Shown piece by piece: positions 30,041 to 39,215 of a stretch of 64,000 bases of DNA. Where the stretch lies: assembly GCA_949288095.1 (NCBI GenBank), contig CASEIX010000012.1, positions 5,570-69,569 on the forward strand. Direction: 5' to 3'. The notes beneath the pieces are model-generated. The model was not told where the DNA came from. It saw nothing but the letters and a program-made list of their open reading frames with translations, and made no database searches. The translations under genes and the position numbers were made by a program. The DNA comes from an uncultured Eubacteriales bacterium (GTDB taxonomy: Bacteria; Bacillota; Clostridia; TANB77; CAG-508). How positions within the stretch are numbered: the first letter of the stretch is position 1; each line of letters opens with the position of its first letter.

Positions 30041-31780
30041 TTAATCATTTAGCGTTTCCATTGCATGTTCATCATAATATGTCGCAAAATCATAATTATG
30101 TCCATACCCTGTGCTTGGATTTATTTCTGCTTTTGAAGATTTAGCACCTGCTAAAATACCTTGATAAGTTGTTTTATTTGTATTAACAACAATACCTCCA
30201 TCAAAACTACATCCTTCTATATTTCCTAATATATGATTTCCAGCAATTCCTCCAATATATAATACATCTTGTTCATATTGGATTGCCGGTTGAATGGTAA
30301 TGCTACCAGTAGATGTACAATTTTTTATTGTTCCTTCTGCACCATTAGGATCTCCATTTATTCCTACAATACCTGCTACAACATTACAACCTGTTAAGTT
30401 TCCTTCATTTACACAATTTTCTATTGTTACATAATAATTATATATAGCAATACCGGCTACCATACCATTTTCTGATGTGATGTTTCCACTATTTTTACAA
30501 TTTATGATATTACTTTGATTATATGTTACCATTCCACTTCCTACATTGGTTGCCGTAATATTTCCCGTATTCGTACAATTTGATAAGGTTCCTACATATT
30601 CCATACAAATACCATTTACATTAGAGCCTGTTAGATTTCCTTCATTTGTACAGTTTTCTATAATTCCACCTGCTCTATATGCCGTTATTCCTCCAATAGT
30701 TCCTGATGTACAAGTAATATTGACTCTATTTACACAATTACGAATAGATCCATCATATAAATTACCTACAATTCCTCCTATAAAGTTTATACTATTATCT
30801 GATTGTATATTAATATTTCCACTAGTTGTACAATTATCAATTGTACCATAATTTATTTTTGCAAATATACCTTCTTGATAATTGATTTCTTCATTATCTG
30901 CTATGATATTTACATTTATATTTTCTACATTTAAATTTTTAATGGTTCCTCGATTCATATAAAACATAGAAAAATGAGTAATTTGTTCTATTTCATTAAC
31001 ACCAGGATTTATAATCGAATGACCATTTCCATCTAATTCTCCAGTAAATATTATCGAATTTAATCTTATAGGTCCTCCTCTGAAATCAAGGTCATTGGCT
31101 AATTTATATTTTCCTGAAGGATTACTAGCAATTTTTCTAAAATCATCGATTGTATAGATTCTTGTATATCCATCATTTATATCCTCTTGTACTTGCGTGT
31201 CTTCTACTATTGCATCATTTATAGAAAATCCTGATTTTCCTAACATTTCTTCTAATTCTTCCATGGTATATCGTTTCATAAATTGTGTTACGTATTTAAA
31301 TAATCTGGCACATCTGTTATCATCTAGCAATTTATATACAACAGGTCTAGGAATCGTTCCATCATCCACAGCTATATTGCCATACTTTTCTTTGTCATAA
31401 TCTAAAATAATATAGTTCTTACCTGATGACATAATTCTATCCATAGAATCTACATTGAAATCATCTGTTAGTGGTGTCATTAAGCTATAACTCATTCTAT
31501 CTTCTGCTACTTCTAACAAATGGGCATAATTTTCGTCATTTTTATCGATAACATAGAAATAATCTTTCATTTTCGGTTTATAGATAATTCTATCTGGATT
31601 GCCTGTATAGTAGCTTAAACTTTCCCCTAATTTTAGATATTCATTTCCATATTCTGCTTCTTCTTGGTCTATCACTTTTTTTTGATAATCTCTATCTAAT
31701 TTGATTAATATAGCAATTCCAGCTAAAACGATTAAGATAACAACCAATGGTATGATAATATATCTCTTTTTAAATTTCAT
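30041..31780 (-). CDS. membrane-anchored beta-helix repeat protein (GLUG-motif-like)
   Basis: N-terminal TM; more than 8 repeats of the GGI.G......I.NC.N.GNI type. Confidence 0.6.
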   Translation of the reverse strand: MKFKKRYIIIPLVVILIVLAGIAILIKLDRDYQKKVIDQEEAEYGNEYLKLGESLSYYTGNPDRIIYKPKMKDYFYVIDKNDENYAHLLEVAEDRMSYSLMTPLTDDFNVDSMDRIMSSGKNYIILDYDKEKYGNIAVDDGTIPRPVVYKLLDDNRCARLFKYVTQFMKRYTMEELEEMLGKSGFSINDAIVEDTQVQEDINDGYTRIYTIDDFRKIASNPSGKYKLANDLDFRGGPIRLNSIIFTGELDGNGHSIINPGVNEIEQITHFSMFYMNRGTIKNLNVENINVNIIADNEEINYQEGIFAKINYGTIDNCTTSGNINIQSDNSINFIGGIVGNLYDGSIRNCVNRVNITCTSGTIGGITAYRAGGIIENCTNEGNLTGSNVNGICMEYVGTLSNCTNTGNITATNVGSGMVTYNQSNIINCKNSGNITSENGMVAGIAIYNYYVTIENCVNEGNLTGCNVVAGIVGINGDPNGAEGTIKNCTSTGSITIQPAIQYEQDVLYIGGIAGNHILGNIEGCSFDGGIVVNTNKTTYQGILAGAKSSKAEINPSTGYGHNYDFATYYDEHAMETLND

Positions 31781-31930
31781 TTTTATCTTTCATATAATAT
31801 AGTATTATATGCCTTTCTCATTTATTATCTTTTATTTTTTGTTTTATCACTTTTAAACTTTCATCTATTTTTAATCTAATCACTCTAGTTTTTGGCTATT
31901 ATGATTCCAAATTTTCTTTCAATCTGTATT

Positions 31931-33502
31931 TCACGATTCCAAATCTTCTTTAAATGGAAAATTATCTGGATTATATGTATATGTTCTTAAATCTACACCA
32001 TATTCTTTTTCCAATTCTTCTCTTGTATATTTTTTCTCATAAATCATACTTGAATCATAATCACTTTCATTGACAATCACTTCTACAGCATGTAAATTAT
32101 CAATTAAGCTTAATAATGTGACTGCATTTTTCTTAAATAATTCTTCTTTCTTTTCTAAAGGTAATTCTTTAAATGCTTCAAATTCTCTATTCTTTTCTTC
32201 TACTATGTAATTGGTATAATAATGAATTTCTAGATAATATTGTTCTGGATTTTCTTCTTCGCTTCTTGTAAAAATAGATTGTGCATAATTTCCTAAGCTT
32301 AGTTTTTGGACAAGATTTTTAACACTGTTAAAATCTCCTACATATTGCATTTTATAAGGAATCATATCTTCATAATCATATGCAAAATAGTTTTCTTCTA
32401 CTTTTGCAATATTACCTATAAAAAAGATTCCACCAATTATGACAATGAGTGTTAGTGATATCATAGTAATTCGAATTGGTTTTGCTTTAAATTTAGGGAA
32501 GAATTTTATCATGTAAATTCTTCTTTCTGTATCATTTTCTACTCCTGCTAAATTTAATACTTCCTGTTCATAACTTTTGTATAATCTATCTCTTAAGGCA
32601 TTAATAATTGTCATCGCATATTCTTTGTTTTCTTCTGGTTTCAAATGTTTTAATACATTGGCATCTGCTTTTAATTCCATATCTTGTCTCATTCTTTTAA
32701 ATAAAATATATAAAAATGGATTAAACCAATAAATTGTTCTTAATATATTTAATACAAAATTCATTACCAAGTCTTTTCCTTTGTAATGTGATAATTCATG
32801 CATAAATATATATTTGATTTCTTTATCCGTTTTCTCATTTACATTATCCTCATCCAAAAATATTTTGGTATCTATTATTCCATATATAGCAGGTGATAAA
32901 ATTCCTTTTTGGTTAATTAATACAATATCTTTTTTTATATTTAATTCTTTTTTCGTTTCTTCAAAAATTTCTAAAATCCTTTTATTTGTCAATAAATCAC
33001 TTACTCTTAATCGATTTATTTTTCTTCTTAACCATAAATATCTTATCATTAAAATGCCTATCATCCCTATCCAAAGACAAGGAAGCACTATATCAAATGC
33101 AATATATTTCGCATAAGCCATGTAGAGATTTCCTCTTACTACTTTATATTCTTCAAATGTGGTATCTTGTCTTTGAATATATGTATTATATTCTGCTTGT
33201 CTTTCATCTACTTCTTGTTTAAAAGATATTTCTTGAATTGGATTTAGGATTTTCATAAAAATATTATTGCTTTCATATACTCCATTGATATTCAATGGTA
33301 CAATTAAGGAAATTATGAAAATTCCCCACATGATGACTTTCCATTTTGGTGAAATCTTTTTATCAAATATTTCTTGAATTAAATATATGGTAAATCCTAC
33401 AATCACTGCAAATATGGACATATATAAAATCATATAAAATGCTTCTCTGATTTGGATTCTATCAATCACAATATTAACATATCTAAATAATGTTTCTATC
33501 AT
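31931..33502 (-). CDS. BlaR1/MecR1-family M56 metallopeptidase signal transducer without a PBP-like sensor domain
   Basis: multi-TM N-terminus, HELSHY zinc motif; the C-terminal about 170 aa show no SxxK or KTG motifs. Confidence 0.8.
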   Translation of the reverse strand: MIETLFRYVNIVIDRIQIREAFYMILYMSIFAVIVGFTIYLIQEIFDKKISPKWKVIMWGIFIISLIVPLNINGVYESNNIFMKILNPIQEISFKQEVDERQAEYNTYIQRQDTTFEEYKVVRGNLYMAYAKYIAFDIVLPCLWIGMIGILMIRYLWLRRKINRLRVSDLLTNKRILEIFEETKKELNIKKDIVLINQKGILSPAIYGIIDTKIFLDEDNVNEKTDKEIKYIFMHELSHYKGKDLVMNFVLNILRTIYWFNPFLYILFKRMRQDMELKADANVLKHLKPEENKEYAMTIINALRDRLYKSYEQEVLNLAGVENDTERRIYMIKFFPKFKAKPIRITMISLTLIVIIGGIFFIGNIAKVEENYFAYDYEDMIPYKMQYVGDFNSVKNLVQKLSLGNYAQSIFTRSEEENPEQYYLEIHYYTNYIVEEKNREFEAFKELPLEKKEELFKKNAVTLLSLIDNLHAVEVIVNESDYDSSMIYEKKYTREELEKEYGVDLRTYTYNPDNFPFKEDLES

Positions 33503-33508
33503 ATTTAT

Positions 33509-33883
33509 TTATTCCCTTTCATCGATGATGTTTAATAATTTTTCTATTTCTTCTTTCGTTATTTTTTTATCTTCTACAAAGTTTAATAACATATTATTGA
33601 CATTTCCATCATACATCTTCTCTAAAAAAGTTTCATTTGCACTTTTTAAATATTTCTTTTCTGAAATTAATGGTTTGTATTCATTCTCCTTTTTATTTTT
33701 TTCAACAGACTTCACGATATTTTTATCTATTAATCTATATAACAATGTTTTGATTGTACTTTTATTCTTTGGTTCCTCTTTACTTAATTCTTCAACCAGT
33801 TCATTTAAGGTTAGACTTTTCTTTTCCCATAATACTTTCATAATTTCTAATTCTGCATCTGTAATTTGATCTGTTATTTTCAT
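33509..33883 (-). CDS. BlaI/MecI/CopY-family transcriptional repressor
   Basis: winged-helix N-terminus ITDAELEIMKVLWEK...TIKTLLYRLIDK; ATG 33883 follows AGGAGG. Confidence 0.9.
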   Translation of the reverse strand: MKITDQITDAELEIMKVLWEKKSLTLNELVEELSKEEPKNKSTIKTLLYRLIDKNIVKSVEKNKKENEYKPLISEKKYLKSANETFLEKMYDGNVNNMLLNFVEDKKITKEEIEKLLNIIDERE

Positions 33884-33921
33884 TCTTGTTTTTCCTCCTT
33901 TTTTCTTGCATAGCAAAAAGA

Positions 33922-33957
33922 TTACATTTGTAAACCAATTATAGTTTACATCTGTAA
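33922..33957. promoter_or_regulatory. two BlaI/MecI-type operator dyads upstream of the repressor gene
   Basis: TTACATTTGTAA (33922-33933) and TTACATCTGTAA (33946-33957), both TTACA-NN-TGTAA palindromes. Confidence 0.7.
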
Positions 33958-34041
33958 TCTTTATTTGTCAATCTATTTTGCTAATTTAATTTTTGCTGAG
34001 TGCATTTTTTAGCTCTCATTTTGTTTTACGATTATTTTCTA

Positions 34042-34926
34042 TTATCTATTTTTATTGATAAATGCAATAATTTGTTTTGCTAATTCCTCTTCTTTTCCTT
34101 CATAACTATGATTTGCACCATCAATATAATAGATATCTTTATTTGGATTGGTAATACACTTGTTCATAAGATCTACTAATTCTTCTGGCATTTGAACAAT
34201 CATTTCATTGACATTTCCCCAACGCATAAACAATGGTACATCTATATTATTTAATACTTTTAATTCTTTGTCTTCACCAAAATTTGCAAAATTAATATCT
34301 TGATAATCTCTTGCATATCTAAAAAATGTTTTGACACTAATTGGATGTATAAAAGCTTCTTGTGGCATCATTTCATCTTTTTGTCCATTTTTTTCTTTTT
34401 CTTCTGCATATTCTAAGTATTTATCAAAATTATCTCTCAAATATACTTTTAATGCTCTTGGAATATCTATCAAAGAATTTAATATAATTCCTTTTATGTC
34501 ATTTACCATATCGTCTTGTTCATCTTTTAATTCATTATATGTGTAAACAATTTTCGTACATCCTAAACTATGTCCTTGTAAATATATATTTTTATATCCT
34601 AATTCTTTTAACTTTATGATAGCTCCTGTAATATCTTCATAACCTTCTAACACATCTTCAAAGCTTGTTCCACCTAATTCTTTTTCTCTTTTGCCTTCTG
34701 TATATCTTCTTATATATTTCACTAATTCACTTCCACGGTTATTAAAGCAAAAATAGTCTATGTTATTTTCATTAGCAAATTTTGCCATTGTGGTTTCTCT
34801 TTTTTTCATACAGTTACTACCCATCCCATGAATAGACAAGATAATGTCCTCTGTTTTATTTTTACTTGTATATAATAATCCATCTAATTTAATTCCATCT
34901 GTTGCTAAAAAATATATGACTTCCAT
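34042..34926 (-). CDS. alpha/beta hydrolase
   Basis: nucleophile elbow GHSLGC; C-terminal DGANH; ATG 34926 follows AAGGAAGG. Confidence 0.75.
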   Translation of the reverse strand: MEVIYFLATDGIKLDGLLYTSKNKTEDIILSIHGMGSNCMKKRETTMAKFANENNIDYFCFNNRGSELVKYIRRYTEGKREKELGGTSFEDVLEGYEDITGAIIKLKELGYKNIYLQGHSLGCTKIVYTYNELKDEQDDMVNDIKGIILNSLIDIPRALKVYLRDNFDKYLEYAEEKEKNGQKDEMMPQEAFIHPISVKTFFRYARDYQDINFANFGEDKELKVLNNIDVPLFMRWGNVNEMIVQMPEELVDLMNKCITNPNKDIYYIDGANHSYEGKEEELAKQIIAFINKNR

Positions 34927-34981
34927 TTTTATAATCCTTCCTTTCTTAATGCACATCCTAATTGGAAAACTCCAAACACCT

Positions 34982-35293
34982 CTATTTCAATACATCTAAT
35001 ATTTCTTGTTTATCTGTTACCCCTACAAATGTTTTTATTGGATTACCTTTTTCAAATACCATAATGGTTGGTATACTCATGACATCATATTTAATAGCCA
35101 ATTCTTGGTTATTATCTACATTCACTTTTCCGACTTTTACTGTTCCATCTAATTCTTTTGCAATATCATCAATGACTGGTGACATCATTCTACATGGTCC
35201 ACACCAATCTGCATAAAAATCTACTAAAACCTTTCCTTCTACTTTTAATACTTCTTCCTCAAAATTTTTTTCTTCAAAAGTTAACATACTCAT
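34982..35293 (-). CDS. trxA: thioredoxin
   Basis: 103 aa with WCGPC active site. Confidence 0.93.
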   Translation of the reverse strand: MSMLTFEEKNFEEEVLKVEGKVLVDFYADWCGPCRMMSPVIDDIAKELDGTVKVGKVNVDNNQELAIKYDVMSIPTIMVFEKGNPIKTFVGVTDKQEILDVLK

Positions 35294-35360
35294 ATCTTTT
35301 TCCTCCTTTATTTTTTTGTTTACAAAAATTTAATTTTATTTTGTTGTCATTCTGGCAAAA

Positions 35361-36230
35361 TTATGCATTTTCTTTTCTAATATACTGAATTGCTTGCAAT
35401 CCTGCTTTTGTTCCTTCATATACAGATTTTGAGATTTGTAATAATCCACCTACACAATCACCACATGCATAAATCCCTGGAATATTGGTTTCCATATTTT
35501 CATTTACAACAATTCTATCTTTCTTGGTTATAATTCCTAATTTTTTGGCAAATTCATTTCCACCTGCTACACCAAGAGCTACAAATATACCATCTGTTTT
35601 TGTTTTTGTGTTGTCGTCAAATTCTACTTCTTCTACCTTTTTATCTCCTCTAACTTCACGGATTTTTCTTGTATCAATTTTCACATTATCTGCTCTGATT
35701 TCAGGTGCTTCCTTTCCATCTGTTAATATCGTAATACTGTTGACTATATTGATTAGTTCATTTGCTTCTGAAATCGCATATTTTCCATTTCCTAAAATAG
35801 ACACATCTTTATTTCTATAAAAGAAACCATCACATACTGCACAATAACTAACACCTTTTCCTTCAAATTCTTTAATCCCCTTTATTTGGGGTGTATTTTT
35901 CTTGTTCCCTGTTGCAAATATCACAGTTCTAGTTTTATATTTTTCCTTTTCTGTCATAACCACATACTGATTTTTTTCGTCAAATTGTATATTGGTAACT
36001 TCTTCTTTTTTTACATCAATTCCTAAGTTTTTTGCCTGTTCTATTCCTGTTTTATATAATTCTTTTCCAGATATTCCATTTTCAAAACCATAATAGTTTT
36101 CTATCCATTCCGTCTTTTCTAGTGCTGATTGGTCCTTATATAGGATTAATACTTTTAGGTTTGCTCGTTTTGTATATAACCCTGCTGAAATCCCTGCAGG
36201 TCCTGCCCCTATGATAATTACATCATACAT
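35361..36230 (-). CDS. trxB: thioredoxin-disulfide reductase-like FAD-dependent oxidoreductase
   Basis: GAGPAG FAD motif, redox-active CAVCDG, second Rossmann motif. Confidence 0.85.
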   Translation of the reverse strand: MYDVIIIGAGPAGISAGLYTKRANLKVLILYKDQSALEKTEWIENYYGFENGISGKELYKTGIEQAKNLGIDVKKEEVTNIQFDEKNQYVVMTEKEKYKTRTVIFATGNKKNTPQIKGIKEFEGKGVSYCAVCDGFFYRNKDVSILGNGKYAISEANELINIVNSITILTDGKEAPEIRADNVKIDTRKIREVRGDKKVEEVEFDDNTKTKTDGIFVALGVAGGNEFAKKLGIITKKDRIVVNENMETNIPGIYACGDCVGGLLQISKSVYEGTKAGLQAIQYIRKENA

Positions 36231-36380
36231 ATATTTTGCACCTTCCTTATATCACGGATTATATCATTTAAGTTTCTAATGTGCAAGTCATTGTATATTG
36301 GTAATCCTATATGTATTATTTTTCTTTATCATATTTTCATCTTAACTTTTTTATGGTATACTAATTCTAGGTGAATCAAA

Positions 36381-36941
36381 TTGAAATTATTATTTAAAAA
36401 TACAACTACATATTCCAAACATATATATGATGATTTTTTAAAATTTCACACGAAAAAATTCTCATTTAAATATCATCTATTTTCACTTGTTATATCTATG
36501 CTAATTCTTTTTTTGATTATGCTATATGTTCAAAATCATTATTATGGATTAGCGGTTATTTTTTGTGCTTGTTTGACTTCTTTTATTTTATATAGATATT
36601 TTCATCCGATTGAAGAAGTAAATAAAGAATATCACAGTAACAAAATTACCAAAGAGCAAAGTTTTACATTTTCATTTTACAACAATTATTTTAAAGTATT
36701 CACTAAAAGAGAATATTCTGTTATTTATTATCGCGAACTTTATAAAATATTTGAAACAGATACTTTCTTTTATCTATATTTAGATAATAGACATTCTCTT
36801 TTATTAGATAAATCTGGATTTAAAAAAGGAACTCCTATCACTTTTAGAGATTTTATTAAGAAAAAATGTCCTTTCAAATATAAATTAGATAAAATAGATA
36901 ACCAAAAAAAGGAAACAAAAAAACGAAAACACAGTTTATGA
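36381..36941 (+). CDS. YcxB-like membrane protein (hypothetical)
   Basis: 186 aa; two central TM helices then a soluble C-terminal half, resembling the YcxB family layout. Confidence 0.45.
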   Translation: MKLLFKNTTTYSKHIYDDFLKFHTKKFSFKYHLFSLVISMLILFLIMLYVQNHYYGLAVIFCACLTSFILYRYFHPIEEVNKEYHSNKITKEQSFTFSFYNNYFKVFTKREYSVIYYRELYKIFETDTFFYLYLDNRHSLLLDKSGFKKGTPITFRDFIKKKCPFKYKLDKIDNQKKETKKRKHSL

Positions 36942-36965
36942 TTTTCATAAAAACTGTGTTTTTTA
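36926..36965. terminator. bidirectional terminator between the YcxB-like gene and hisS
   Basis: stem AAAACACAGTTT/AAACTGTGTTTT with a T-run; encloses the plus-strand stop codon. Confidence 0.65.
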
Positions 36966-36973
36966 TATCTGTA

Positions 36974-38296
36974 TTATTTTTTCTTTTCTATTACTTCTTT
37001 TATTTTTTCCTCATCCATAGGTAACTTTTCTTCATTTCCTGTTTTCATGTCTTTTAATGTAATTTCTTTTGCCTTAATTTCATCCTCACCTAATACAATC
37101 ACATATGGAATCTCTAATTTATCTGCATATTTAAATTTTGCTTTTAATTTTTTGTTGTTTAAGTAAATCTCTGTATTAATGCCAATATTTCTTAATTTAG
37201 TTGCTAGTTTTATTGGTTCTTCTAAATTTTCCACCATAGGAATAATTAAAATATCTGCCACAGATTTTCTATCTGCTTTGACAATGTTTAATTCATTTAA
37301 TTTATAAAATAATCTTGTTAATCCTATAGAAACGCCAACACCTGGTAGACTTTTCTCTGTATAATATTCTGCCAAGTTCTCATATCTTCCTCCAGAACAT
37401 ACACTTCCAATTTCTCTGTAATCATTTAAAAATGTTTCATAAACCGTTCCTGTATAATAGTCTAATCCTCTTGCAATAGTTAAGTCTACTTTAAAGTTCG
37501 CATCTGGAACACCAAATACTCTTACATTTTTGACAACTGTTTTTAATTCTTCTACCCCTCTTAAATACGTTTCATTTTGGATTCCTAAGTTTTCTAGTTT
37601 TTCTATTTTTTCATCAGAAGTTCCTTCGATTTCTATAAAGTTAATAATATTGTTTATTTGTTTTTCTTGTAATCCTAATTTTTTAAACTCTTCTATAACA
37701 GCTTCTTTTCCTATTTTTTCAATTTTATCAATAATTCTTAATATCTCTACTGCATTTTCCTTTTGTTCAACACTTTCAAATAGCCCATTTAAAATTCTTC
37801 TGTTATTTATTTTTATCGTAAAATCTTCAAATCCTAATTCTCTAAACATAGTATAAATGATTGCAGGAATTTCGGCATCATTGATTAAGTCTAATTCTCC
37901 ATCTCCAATAATATCGATATCACATTGATAAAATTCTCTATATCTTCCTTTTTGCGCTCTTTCTCCTCTATACACTTTTCCAATTTGATATCTTCTAAAT
38001 GGAAAACTTAAATTTCCATAATTTTTTGCCACATATTTTGCAAGTGGTACAGTTAGATCAAAACGTAATGCTAAATCTGTATCCCCTTTTTGGAAACGAT
38101 AAATTTGTTTTTCTGTTTCTCCTCCAGCTTTTGCAAGTAATACTTCTGCAAGTTCGATTACTGGTGTATCTAATGGTAAAAATCCAAACTTTTTATATGT
38201 TTTCTCTATTTTTTCTTTCATTTGATTAAATAAAATTTGTTCATTTGGTAATAATTCCATAAATCCAGCCAATGTTCTTGGTTCTACTTTTTCCAT
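36974..38296 (-). CDS. hisS: histidine--tRNA ligase
   Basis: class II motifs (YRGERAQKGRYREFYQCD; GGRYENL), 440 aa. Confidence 0.93.
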   Translation of the reverse strand: MEKVEPRTLAGFMELLPNEQILFNQMKEKIEKTYKKFGFLPLDTPVIELAEVLLAKAGGETEKQIYRFQKGDTDLALRFDLTVPLAKYVAKNYGNLSFPFRRYQIGKVYRGERAQKGRYREFYQCDIDIIGDGELDLINDAEIPAIIYTMFRELGFEDFTIKINNRRILNGLFESVEQKENAVEILRIIDKIEKIGKEAVIEEFKKLGLQEKQINNIINFIEIEGTSDEKIEKLENLGIQNETYLRGVEELKTVVKNVRVFGVPDANFKVDLTIARGLDYYTGTVYETFLNDYREIGSVCSGGRYENLAEYYTEKSLPGVGVSIGLTRLFYKLNELNIVKADRKSVADILIIPMVENLEEPIKLATKLRNIGINTEIYLNNKKLKAKFKYADKLEIPYVIVLGEDEIKAKEITLKDMKTGNEEKLPMDEEKIKEVIEKKK

Positions 38297-38385
38297 ATAT
38301 TCTCTCTCCTATTTTCTTAATATACGCTAAATATATCTATTTAGCTTTTTTCTGCTTTCTAGTATACTACATAATTTGTTAACTT

Positions 38386-39033
38386 TCAATACAATTTTGG
38401 TCTCAATTCCAAATATATAGGCTTTTCTTCCTTTATCATTGTCGCTTTTCCATGTCCTGGATAAACAATGGTATCATCTGGAAGTTTTAACAATTTATTG
38501 GTTATGGAATCCATAATATCTTCTATACTTCCTGTTGGTAAATCTGTTCTTCCCCATGTACCACGAAACATCGTATCTCCTGAAAACACACATCCTTCTT
38601 TTTCACAATATAGACTAGTTGAGCCTTTTGTATGTCCTGGAGTATGGATAACTTTCAATTCTAATTCTCCTAAATGTATTAAATCATTATCATCAATTCT
38701 TGAATCTGCTTCTAATTCTATTGGTGGTAAATCAATTATTGCCGAAAGATTAATACTCAAATTATTCAATCCCTCACTATCAAATCGATGAATTAGTACC
38801 TTTCCACCACATTGATTTTTTAGTTCTGTTACTCCTGCTATATGATCTCCATGGCAATGTGTAAGATAAATATATTTTAGGTTTCCATTTAAAATATGAA
38901 GCATTTCTACAATTTTATCAACATCCCCTGCTGGATCTATTACCAGAGTTTCCTTACTTTCTTCATCAAAGATAATATAGCAATTCGTTGGATCTCCTAT
39001 CCATGTATTAATCTTTCGTTTTTTTAAAATCAT
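38386..39033 (-). CDS. MBL-fold metallo-hydrolase
   Basis: THCHGDH motif; ATG 39033 follows GGAGG. The longer ORF-track start lies inside the structured repeat. Confidence 0.85.
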   Translation of the reverse strand: MILKKRKINTWIGDPTNCYIIFDEESKETLVIDPAGDVDKIVEMLHILNGNLKYIYLTHCHGDHIAGVTELKNQCGGKVLIHRFDSEGLNNLSINLSAIIDLPPIELEADSRIDDNDLIHLGELELKVIHTPGHTKGSTSLYCEKEGCVFSGDTMFRGTWGRTDLPTGSIEDIMDSITNKLLKLPDDTIVYPGHGKATMIKEEKPIYLELRPKLY

Positions 39034-39046
39034 GCTTCCTCCTTTA

Positions 39047-39208
39047 GTCTTTTCGGGACGTGTCGAATTGGACACTTTTCATCCAAAAGGGACACATCCC
39101 ATAATTCAATTCTATTATTTTTAAAATTCAAGTCTGTCCCTTTTGTTTCATTTTGAAACATTGGGGACGGGTTAAATCGTTTCAAAATGGAACGATTTGG
39201 CACGTCCC
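39047..39208. repeat. GGGAC-rich structured intergenic element, copy 2 (extended)
   Basis: outer inverted repeat GGGACGTG (39055-39062) / CACGTCCC (39201-39208); internal hairpins at 39089-39100, 39136-39168 and 39174-39198; the first 33 nt are related to 5353-5387. Confidence 0.65.
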
Positions 39209-39215
39209 TATCGTA

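Noticed and set aside
38297-38385. T-box leaders upstream of hisS, and likewise upstream of metG (25314-25440)
   Set aside because: The leaders are about 90 and 130 nt, too short for a T-box, and contain no T-box consensus (…GGTGGTACCGCG…) or specifier-loop architecture.
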